DNA from: Candidatus Firestoneibacteriota bacterium | GTDB lineage: Bacteria; Oederibacteriota; D2-FULL-39-29; JBBTED01 | Assembly: GCA_038042445.1 (NCBI GenBank) | Contig: JBBTED010000143.1 | Coordinates: 1 to 12,840, forward strand | Length of the DNA: 12,840 nt | Direction: 5' to 3' | Shown: in pieces, positions 1 through 7,545 of the stretch | Layout: each line of letters starts with the position of its first letter | Numbering within the stretch: position 1 is the first letter of the stretch | Notes under the pieces: generated by a model | What the model was told of the DNA's origin: nothing | Databases searched by the model: none | The model's input: the letters and a program-made list of their open reading frames with translations, nothing else | Made by a program: the position numbers and the translations under genes

Positions 1-1
1 T

Positions 2-1279
2 ATTGAAAATAAAGGAGTTAAAGAAAAAATAGGACTAAAATTTAACAAAGTCCTGAAAGTGGGATTAGTAGGTTGTGGAAAGATAATGTCAGCACATTTA
101 AATGGGTATAAACAGCTTAGAGAAAAAGGATTGACAGATTCATTGATAGTAGGATTATGCGATTTAAAGAAAGAAAATGCAGAGATGTTTAGGAAAAGAG
201 GAGAAGGTCCTGTTCCTTTTGCTGAAGTGGGACCAAAAGGTGATCCTTTGAATGAATCTCATTTATATGTATCTGATTTTCAACAGGAATATGATGCAAA
301 AATTTTTACAGATTATGAGGCTATGCTTAAAGAAGTTGATGCCGTAGAAATATATACTACTGTATCAACACATCATTCTTTGGCTCTTAGTGCGATTAGT
401 GCTGGTAAACATGTTTTAGTAGAGAAACCAATGGCAATAAGTATAAAAGCCGGGCGAAAGATTGTAGAAGAAGCTGAAAAGCGAGAGGTGGTTTTTGGGG
501 TAGCAGAGAGTTTTAGATATATGCCGATGTCACGAATGCGTAAGTGGATTATAGAACAAGGTTATATAGGAGATATTCAAATGGTTGTTGGTGCATCTAT
601 TGGAGGGTTTTGGTCTCCTGATAAAATTATTGCAGAAACTTCATGGAGACATTGTAAATTAAAAGCAGGTGGTGGGGCAGTAATTGATGCTGGAGTGCAT
701 GGTTTTCATCTTTTACGATATCTTGTGAGTGAAATAGAAGAAGTAAATACAATTGTAAAAAATATAGAATCTCATAGAGTTACACGTGATACTTCAGGAA
801 AAATAATAGAAAGTATCGAAAGTGATGTTGATGATACTTTTTTTGGATTGTTTCGGTATAGAAATGGTGCTATTGGTCAAAACTTATTCTCCTGGGCAGG
901 TCATGGAGAAGCATCAAATTTGGAACAAACGATATACGGCACAAAAGGATGTATAAAAGGTGAAAGAATAATTCTTGATGATGGAACTAATACTACAGTT
1001 AAAAACTTTTTTGACAATAATGTAGAGCCGGGTATTAAAGAAAAATATTTTCCTAAAGGAGTAATGGATCCATTTGCATTAGAAACATTAGATTTTTTGT
1101 CTGCAATTCAGGAAAAAAGACAAATGGAAGTTAATGGTAAAGAAGGTTTGAGGGATTTATCAGTATGTTTTGCAATGATTGAATCATCACTAAATGGGAA
1201 ATTCACAAAAGTAGATGATATAGAAAGTGGGAAAATAGCTGAATATGAAAAAGAGATAAATGAGTATTATAAATTATAA
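2..1279 (+). CDS. Gfo/Idh/MocA family NAD(P)-dependent oxidoreductase, probably 5'-partial
   Basis: Rossmann start KVGLVGCG, AGKHVLVEKP motif, GGGAVIDAGVH motif. The frame is open from position 2 (IENKGVKEKIGLKFNKVLKV), and the ORF-track GTG at 59 falls inside the first beta strand, so the true start is probably upstream of the window. Confidence 0.9.
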   Translation: MENKGVKEKIGLKFNKVLKVGLVGCGKIMSAHLNGYKQLREKGLTDSLIVGLCDLKKENAEMFRKRGEGPVPFAEVGPKGDPLNESHLYVSDFQQEYDAKIFTDYEAMLKEVDAVEIYTTVSTHHSLALSAISAGKHVLVEKPMAISIKAGRKIVEEAEKREVVFGVAESFRYMPMSRMRKWIIEQGYIGDIQMVVGASIGGFWSPDKIIAETSWRHCKLKAGGGAVIDAGVHGFHLLRYLVSEIEEVNTIVKNIESHRVTRDTSGKIIESIESDVDDTFFGLFRYRNGAIGQNLFSWAGHGEASNLEQTIYGTKGCIKGERIILDDGTNTTVKNFFDNNVEPGIKEKYFPKGVMDPFALETLDFLSAIQEKRQMEVNGKEGLRDLSVCFAMIESSLNGKFTKVDDIESGKIAEYEKEINEYYKL

Positions 1280-1302
1280 TACTAAAGGAGGATATCTGGA
1301 AA

Positions 1303-2331
1303 ATGGGAAAAATATATAAACTTGGGATCGTTGGATTGGTTCACGACCATGTATGGAGTTGCATTGAGAATATCAAAAAAATGAATAATGCTGAAATAAT
1401 TTGTATTGCTGAAAATAATCCTGTGGTTTTAAAAAAAGCTAAAGCAATATTAGACAATGTTAAATTGTATAAAACTCATAGCCAATTGTTAAATGAAGAA
1501 GAAATAGATGTATGTTTGGTTTTTACAGAAACCTGCAAACATGCTCAGGTAACAGAAGCTTGTGCAAAAAAAGGTATCCATGTTATGGTAGAAAAACCTA
1601 TGGCAGTTACATTTAAAGATGCTAAACAGATGTTGAATTCTGCTGAAAAAAGCAAAATAAAATTAATGGTTAATTTTCCTACAGCATGGAATCCTAATTT
1701 ACATAAGTGTTATGAAGTAATTAAATCAGGTAAAATAGGTCGTGTATGGATGATACGTTGGCGAGATGGACATCAGGGACCAAAAGAAGTTAATTGTTCC
1801 AAAGAATTTTTGAAATGGCTTTTTTGTGCTCCAAAAAGTGGTGGAGGTGCTTTAGTTGATTTCGGATGCTACGGTGCTGAATTTACAGCTTTGTGTTTTG
1901 GACGACCTGTGAGTGTAACTGCAGTAGCAGATACTTTAGTAAGAAAATACCTGCAGGTGGAAGATAATGCTGTTATTATCACCAAATATGCTCATCCAAC
2001 AGTTTTATGTAATATTGAAGGAACATGGTCCCAAATACCTGGTGGTTTATCTTTACATATATTAGGAGAAAAAGGAAGCATAGTAAAAAATCCATTATCT
2101 CCTGTGGAATATAATATTTATACACAAGATACAAAAAAATGGGAGCTTTTAAAACCCTCTGTATTAGCACAATGGCAGAGTGAACCAATTGCTTATTTTC
2201 TACATTGTATCGAACAAAATCTACCAATAGAAGGATTAACAAGCCCCTATGTTGCAATAATTATGCAGGAAATTTTAGAGGCTGCTAAACTATCTGTAAA
2301 AAAATGCAAAACAATAAAAATGGAGGATTAA
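1303..2331 (+). CDS. Gfo/Idh/MocA family oxidoreductase
   Basis: KLGIVGLVHDH N-terminus, GIHVMVEKP, GGGALVDFGCY, EDNA motif; RBS AAGGAGG at 1285-1291. Confidence 0.9.
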   Translation: MGKIYKLGIVGLVHDHVWSCIENIKKMNNAEIICIAENNPVVLKKAKAILDNVKLYKTHSQLLNEEEIDVCLVFTETCKHAQVTEACAKKGIHVMVEKPMAVTFKDAKQMLNSAEKSKIKLMVNFPTAWNPNLHKCYEVIKSGKIGRVWMIRWRDGHQGPKEVNCSKEFLKWLFCAPKSGGGALVDFGCYGAEFTALCFGRPVSVTAVADTLVRKYLQVEDNAVIITKYAHPTVLCNIEGTWSQIPGGLSLHILGEKGSIVKNPLSPVEYNIYTQDTKKWELLKPSVLAQWQSEPIAYFLHCIEQNLPIEGLTSPYVAIIMQEILEAAKLSVKKCKTIKMED

Positions 2332-2335
2332 AATT

Positions 2336-3169
2336 ATGGAAATAGCAATAAGTACATTTAATATAGATGAAGAGATAGAAGCAGGCAAATTAGATTTATT
2401 TGAAGCAATGAAACAAACCCATGAGATGGGATTTGACGCAATAGAGTTTTTAGGTAATCAAATACCTTCTCTTGAAGATGATTATTTAGAAAGGCTTAAG
2501 TTGCACGGTAAAAAATTAAATTTAAAAATATGTGCAATAGATGTAGTAAACAGGCATTTTGGAAGCAATGATTTTGAGCGGAAAAATGATATCAGTCTCA
2601 TAAAATTTTGGATCAAAACTGCAGCACAGCTTGAATGCCCTTGTCTTGTTGCGTTTTTAGGAGGTTTTGAAGAAGAAAAAAACCGTAAAATGCAATTACG
2701 AAGAGATATTGATGCATTTAAAGAATGTGTAGAATTTGCTGAAAAATCTAAAGTAAGATTGGCTATAGAGAATCATCGCATTTGGCTTAGAGAAAATGAA
2801 TGGGAGCAAGAAAATGAAACAGACGATATTCTGCTAATAGTTAAAACAATTAATTCAAAGTATCTTGGTGCTTCACCAGACATCGGCAATTTCTATAAAA
2901 GTAGTTTTAAAGAATTATCAGTTAAACAACAAGAATATGCATATAATTGTTTTGAACAACTTATTTCAGTAGCATTGCATATCCATATTAAGATTAAAAA
3001 TTTTGATGAACATGGAAAGTCATTACAAAGTGATTTTGGAAAATTGGTAAATGTATTAAAAAAGTATAATTATAATCGCACAGTAACACTTGAATTTGCT
3101 AAACCTGTAGCTGAGAAAAAAGATGTTTTACATGAACAAGGGTTAGCATTGTTAAAAAAATATATTTAA
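2336..3169 (+). CDS. Sugar phosphate isomerase/epimerase family protein (xylose isomerase-like / AP endonuclease 2 TIM barrel)
   Basis: GFDAIE, RLAIENH, PDIGNF, HIHIK and TLEF supply the E/D/H/E metal-ligand pattern. Starts 4 nt after the upstream stop, with GGAGG inside the end of the preceding gene. Confidence 0.85.
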   Translation: MEIAISTFNIDEEIEAGKLDLFEAMKQTHEMGFDAIEFLGNQIPSLEDDYLERLKLHGKKLNLKICAIDVVNRHFGSNDFERKNDISLIKFWIKTAAQLECPCLVAFLGGFEEEKNRKMQLRRDIDAFKECVEFAEKSKVRLAIENHRIWLRENEWEQENETDDILLIVKTINSKYLGASPDIGNFYKSSFKELSVKQQEYAYNCFEQLISVALHIHIKIKNFDEHGKSLQSDFGKLVNVLKKYNYNRTVTLEFAKPVAEKKDVLHEQGLALLKKYI

Positions 3170-3173
3170 GGTT

Positions 3174-4088
3174 ATGGTTAATAAAAAGACAATTACCGGG
3201 TTTGTATTTGATATACAGCAATTTTCATTGCATGATGGGCCAGGTATCAGAACTACAGTTTTTCTTAAAGGTTGTTCGCTTCGTTGTTTTTGGTGTCAAA
3301 ACCCTGAAGGTTTGACTGTAAAATCTGAATTACAATTTTTTGCAACACGGTGTATTGGTTGTGGTTCATGTTTTCGTGTATGCACAAATAAAGTTCATAT
3401 AATAGAAAATGGGAAGCATATTATTAAACGTGAAAGATGTATGCAATGTGGAAAATGTGTTGATGAGTGTTTTGCAAGAGCATTAATTATGGTTGGCAAA
3501 GAGATGACTTCAGATGAAGTGGTTAAAGTAGTAATACAGGATAAAATGTTTTATTCATTATCAGGAGGTGGTGTTACTCTTTCAGGTGGTGAGCCTGTTT
3601 TGCAAAGTGAATTTGCTTATGAAATATTGAAAAAGTGTAAAAATAATAATATTCATACAGCTATTGAAACAGCACTAAATTTTAAATGGGATAATATTAA
3701 AGTGCTACTTTCTGTTCTTGATATTGTGATAATGGATATTAAACATATTGATTCTAAAAAACATCAGGAGGCAACAGGTGTATCCAATAAATTAATTTTA
3801 GAAAATGCAAAACGTTTATCAAAAGAGAAAATACCAATTATCATCAGGGTTCCTGTTATTCCATTATTTAATGACAATGTTGGGGATATTAAAAAAATAA
3901 CAGATTTTGCTAAAGATTTTCCAAATCTTTTGTATATTGAATTATTACCGTTTCACAGATTAGGTGAAAGCAAATATGAAACTCTTGGTTTATTTTGTAA
4001 TACTAAAAAATCAATTGCTCCTGATAAAACAAAAATGTTAAAATTTGCTAATATAGTGAGAAATGTTGGTATAAGGGTAAAAGGATAA
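3174..4088 (+). CDS. Glycyl-radical enzyme activating protein (radical SAM with ferredoxin-like insert)
   Basis: HDGPGIRTTVFLKGCSLRCFWCQNPE (CxxxCxxC), two CxxCxxCxxxC motifs (CIGCGSCFRVC, CMQCGKCVDEC), GGVTLSGGEP, ELLPFH. Confidence 0.95.
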   Translation: MVNKKTITGFVFDIQQFSLHDGPGIRTTVFLKGCSLRCFWCQNPEGLTVKSELQFFATRCIGCGSCFRVCTNKVHIIENGKHIIKRERCMQCGKCVDECFARALIMVGKEMTSDEVVKVVIQDKMFYSLSGGGVTLSGGEPVLQSEFAYEILKKCKNNNIHTAIETALNFKWDNIKVLLSVLDIVIMDIKHIDSKKHQEATGVSNKLILENAKRLSKEKIPIIIRVPVIPLFNDNVGDIKKITDFAKDFPNLLYIELLPFHRLGESKYETLGLFCNTKKSIAPDKTKMLKFANIVRNVGIRVKG

Positions 4089-4091
4089 AAT

Positions 4092-6254
4092 ATGAGGCAT
4101 AAAAACTATAGTTTTCAGGAACGATTAGATATTTTACGAAAAACAAAATTGCAGCATACTAAATTAAAAAGTATTCAGCAAGGGGCTAAAGATATGGATG
4201 ATTGGGGACAAATTCCTTATGAAGGGGGATTTATATTTGTTCCGGAGACTGACCATCCTAAAGGATATGTAATAGGTTCAAAATTATGCGGCAAAAATTT
4301 CAGACTATTTTTAGAAAAATCTCCAACTTATATAAGTAAGTTAAGTTCTTTATTAGGTGGATATTATTTCATATTTGCATCTTATGTTACAAAATGGGAT
4401 CCTGAGAATTACTGGGTGCATTTAGCTCAAGAGCAAAAGAAATACAATATTCTTTCTGGAATAACTGCAAGTCATCATTTTGGTATGGATTTAAAATTAG
4501 GACTTGAATTGGGTTTTGGAGGTATTTTAGATAAAATAAAGTATTATAGGGAAAAAAACTCATCAGGGGATATTGACTTTTATGATGCTTTGGAGAATGT
4601 AGTTATTGGCATACAAAATTGGATAAAAAATCATATTAAAGATGCTAAAGAAGCAGCTAAAAAAGAAAACCATTTGCAACTTAAAAATAATCTTGAAGAA
4701 ATGGTAGAAATAAATACAAAACTTATAACGAATCCACCTGAAACTTTTCGTGAAGTATGCCAATGGGCAGCTTGGTATCAAATGGCAGCTCGTGTATATA
4801 ATGGTAGTGGAGCATTAGGAAATATTGACCAATTATTTTACCCATATTATAAAAAAGACAAAGAAAGAGGATATTTAACTGATGAAGAAGCTATTTTCCA
4901 TTTAGCATGTTTGAATATAACTGACCCTCAATATATACATATTGGCGGTATTGATGAAAAAGGTAAGGACATTACGAATGAATTATCGTTTTTGATATTA
5001 GAAGCAGTGCATAGTATTAAAATAGCGGCTAATATTGCAGTTGATGTTCATGACAATATGGATAAAAAATTACTATATAAATCTGTTGAGCTATTATTTA
5101 AAGATAAATTAGGGATACCAAGATTTTTCAGTATAGAAAATATGGCAGAAGGTTTTGCTAAAAATGGTATTCCAATTGAGACTGCAAGAAAAAGAATACA
5201 GGTTGGCTGCCATTGGTTTAGTTTGCCTGGTAGTGAATATTGTGTAAGTGATGTAATAAAGATAAATTTTGCGAAAGTATTTGATGTTGCTTTTCATGAA
5301 ATGATGGAAGATTTTTCAATTAAACCAACTATTAATGGATTATGGAATTATTTTGAGAAACATCTAAAAAAAGCAGTAGAAGTAACTGCACAAGGAATAG
5401 ATTTACATATGGAATATTTTCATAAATATTTTCCTGAGCTTGTTCTTGATATTCTTTGTTATGGGCCTATTGAAAAAGGGGTAGACGCAACACATGGGAG
5501 TTTAAAATATAATACTATTGGTGTAGATGGTGCTGGATTGGCAACAGTAGCAGATTCTTTTGCTGCAATAGAATTAAGGGTTGAAAAAGAAAAAAGAATT
5601 ACTTGGAAAGAACTACTTAAATGTATAGATGTTAATTTTACAGGAGAAGAAAAAATAAGGCTTATGTTACAAAATATTGCTTGTTATGGAAGGGGAGAAA
5701 CACGTGGTGATTATTGGGCAAAACGATTATCAGAAACTTTCACAAAGATGATAAAAGAAAAAACCACTCCAGCAGGATGGACAATGATTCCAGGCCTTTT
5801 TTCCTGGGCATCTACAATAGAAATGGGAAAAGAAACAGGAGCCACTCCAAATGGAAGAAGAGCAGGTGAACCTATTTCTTTCGGCGCAAATCCTGACCCC
5901 GGAGTTTTTAAAGGAGGTAGTTTAACTCCTACATCATTAGCAATTGCAGTAGCTAAAGTGCAACCTGGATATGGTAATACAGCTCCATTACAATTAGATG
6001 TTGATTCAGGGCTAATTTATGATGAAAATGGCATTGAAAAACTTGAAGCAATAATAACAGGGCATTTCAAGTTAGGGGGAACACTTATAAATGCAAATGT
6101 TTTAGATAAAGAAAAAATTTATGAAGCATATAAAAACCCATCAAAATATCCTGATTTAATTGTTAGAGTAACAGGATTTTCTGCTTATTTTGCGAGTTTA
6201 TCAGATGAATTCAGAAAATTAGTATATGAACGCATAGTATCATTGTCATGTTAA
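4092..6254 (+). CDS. Glycyl radical enzyme (PFL superfamily), substrate unknown
   Basis: C-terminal PSKYPDLIVRVTGFSAYF Gly loop (Gly695), GATPNGRRAGEPIS, PPETFREVCQ, GLATVADS, Cys loop VGCHW (Cys373); adjacent to an activase. Confidence 0.93.
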   Translation: MRHKNYSFQERLDILRKTKLQHTKLKSIQQGAKDMDDWGQIPYEGGFIFVPETDHPKGYVIGSKLCGKNFRLFLEKSPTYISKLSSLLGGYYFIFASYVTKWDPENYWVHLAQEQKKYNILSGITASHHFGMDLKLGLELGFGGILDKIKYYREKNSSGDIDFYDALENVVIGIQNWIKNHIKDAKEAAKKENHLQLKNNLEEMVEINTKLITNPPETFREVCQWAAWYQMAARVYNGSGALGNIDQLFYPYYKKDKERGYLTDEEAIFHLACLNITDPQYIHIGGIDEKGKDITNELSFLILEAVHSIKIAANIAVDVHDNMDKKLLYKSVELLFKDKLGIPRFFSIENMAEGFAKNGIPIETARKRIQVGCHWFSLPGSEYCVSDVIKINFAKVFDVAFHEMMEDFSIKPTINGLWNYFEKHLKKAVEVTAQGIDLHMEYFHKYFPELVLDILCYGPIEKGVDATHGSLKYNTIGVDGAGLATVADSFAAIELRVEKEKRITWKELLKCIDVNFTGEEKIRLMLQNIACYGRGETRGDYWAKRLSETFTKMIKEKTTPAGWTMIPGLFSWASTIEMGKETGATPNGRRAGEPISFGANPDPGVFKGGSLTPTSLAIAVAKVQPGYGNTAPLQLDVDSGLIYDENGIEKLEAIITGHFKLGGTLINANVLDKEKIYEAYKNPSKYPDLIVRVTGFSAYFASLSDEFRKLVYERIVSLSC

Positions 6255-6283
6255 ATGAACAGGCTGTGTCATAACCAAAATTT

Positions 6284-6370
6284 TGTCATTGTGAGCGACC
6301 AAAGGGAATGCGGCAATTTCTTTGTTTATAAGTATATTTTTGAGATTGTTTCACTTCGTTTGCAAAGGCA
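6284..6370. repeat. Degenerate REP/RPE-like palindromic element; may also act as the 3' stem-loop of the GRE operon
   Basis: TGTCATTGTGAGCGA (6284-6298) pairs with TCGTTTGCAAAGGCA (6356-6370) at 14 of 15 positions allowing G-U, and inner GCAATTTC pairs with GAGATTGT. From memory it resembles the TGTCATTGCGAG...GCAATC...GATTGC...CTCGCAATGACA repeat class. Confidence 0.65.
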
Positions 6371-6387
6371 GTGTTTAATGAGGATTT

Positions 6388-6742
6388 GAGGGTGTTAAAA
6401 AGAAGTAAAGATTTATAGAAATGAGTTTAAAATGGTTAAAGAACAAAACAAAATTAGTTTAAAGGAATAAAAATTTTATATTATACAAATTATACAATAA
6501 AAGAGTAAAAAAGTTTAGAGAGATAAAATTTTGGAGGTGATGCAAGGGAAAAGAATATTTTCAGAAGTGCAAAATTCTGTTAGAAAGTGAAGTTCCGTGG
6601 TGGCATATCACGTTAGGGAGATTTTCTAACAGAAGGAATTAAAAAAGGTTGTTTTGATTTAAAATTCGTCCTTTGGGGATGAAGTCAAAAACGACCTTAA
6701 AAAATGCAGTTAAACATTGGCTGTTTCTTTTTTAACAGCCTC
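6388..6742 (+). mobile_element. 355-bp non-autonomous MITE / internally deleted IS, possibly IS1182-like
   Basis: Left end GAGGGTGTTAAAAA matches the reverse complement of the right end, GAGGCTGTTAAAAA, at 13 of 14. Flanked by direct repeat GATTT (6383-6387 and 6743-6747). Contains a mini-ORF MQGKRIFSEVQNSVRK (6540-6590). Family assignment is by recalled resemblance only. Confidence 0.7.
6567..6739. repeat. Dispersed structured repeat, copy 1 (right part of the MITE)
   Basis: Aligns in direct orientation with 11064-11220, including 25 identical nt TAAACATTGGCTGTTTCTTTTTTAA; three predicted hairpins. Confidence 0.9.
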
Positions 6743-6765
6743 GATTTACTCAGGAGGTGGTAAAG

Positions 6766-7362
6766 ATGTTAAGGCAATGTATAAGTTTTATTGCAGTATT
6801 TTGGATGTTCATTGGGTATAGTAATGCCCAAGTAAAAGAGGATATTTTTGTAGATAAATGCAGAGATGGTTGGAATATGATTGATTCCAAATGGACAAGC
6901 AGGAGTGTAGTTGTAAATAATGAAGTTACATATAAAGGTTCTACATCTTCCATTAAAGTTGTTTGTGAAAAAGGTGGAAATGTATGGGGCGGTTTAATGC
7001 TGCTGGATAGCACGAAGAAAAATCCAATTTATATAACCAAGAATTTGTTAAAGAATGGATATTTAGAATTTTATATCAATGCAGAGGAGTTAATTCCAGC
7101 CAAAAATATAACTGTATTATTGAAAAGTCAAATTGGAACCAAAGAAGAATCAGCAGGTGATGAATACAGAGTTATGATAAGCAAATATTTGAAAGAAGGA
7201 GAAATAGATAAAGACATTAAAACCTGGCAGTATGTTTGTATTCCAATAGCTGATTTAATAGACGAAGATTTAAAATGGCAAGACTTTACTAAAATAATGA
7301 TTTTAACACCTACAATAGATACACCAATATATTTTGCTGACATTGCAATTGTAGAGAAATAG
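6766..7362 (+). CDS. Secreted hypothetical protein, probable galactose-binding-like / carbohydrate-binding module fold
   Basis: RBS AGGAGGT (6752-6758) favours ATG 6766 over GTG 6757. Signal peptide-like MLRQCISFIAVFWMFIGYSNA/Q; beta-sandwich-type motifs GYLEFYIN, WQYVCIPIADL, IYFADIAIV. Confidence 0.65.
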   Translation: MLRQCISFIAVFWMFIGYSNAQVKEDIFVDKCRDGWNMIDSKWTSRSVVVNNEVTYKGSTSSIKVVCEKGGNVWGGLMLLDSTKKNPIYITKNLLKNGYLEFYINAEELIPAKNITVLLKSQIGTKEESAGDEYRVMISKYLKEGEIDKDIKTWQYVCIPIADLIDEDLKWQDFTKIMILTPTIDTPIYFADIAIVEK

Positions 7363-7365
7363 TCT

Positions 7366-7488
7366 ATGTATAATTCTAGAATAGAGCCAAATTTTGAACG
7401 ATTACGCAAAGTATTATTATTACAGGGTGAACCTGATAGAATTCCAATAATGGGATTAGGAGTGGATGAGTCCGTAAAAAAAGTATGA
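7366..7488 (+). pseudogene. Truncated 40-codon duplicate of the 5' end of the UroD-like gene at 9964
   Basis: MYNSRIEPNFERLRKVLLLQGEPDRIPIMGLGVDESVKKV* versus MCKSRVVPNFERLRKVLLLQGEPDRIPIVELGVDDSVKKA; 108/120 nt and 32/40 aa identical by manual count. Confidence 0.9.
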
Positions 7489-7545
7489 TAAAAGTTATTT
7501 TACTTGTAATTGCAGATTTTAGTCTGCTATAGAGGAGGCATATTA

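Noticed and set aside
59..61. GTG at 59 as the start of the first gene
   Set aside because: It truncates the first Rossmann strand, has no suitably spaced RBS, and the frame is open upstream.
4092..6254. Assignment as pflB, cutC, hypD, islA or a diol dehydratase
   Set aside because: Lacks the PFL Cys-Cys pair and the GCxE motif of the eliminases; no microcompartment genes in the window.
6540..6590. 16-aa ORF as a regulatory leader peptide
   Set aside because: GGAGGT lies only 1 nt from the ATG, there is no amino-acid run, and a deleted transposase start is a simpler explanation.
6255..6765. CRISPR array, tRNA or known riboswitch in the long intergenic region
   Set aside because: No regularly spaced repeats, no cloverleaf and no recognisable riboswitch consensus; mobile-element relics explain the region better.
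7504..7533. Sigma70-like promoter TTGTAA-N18-TATAGA with small hairpin GCAGAT/GTCTGC
   Set aside because: The implied start site would fall at or after the RBS, and such matches are common in AT-rich DNA.
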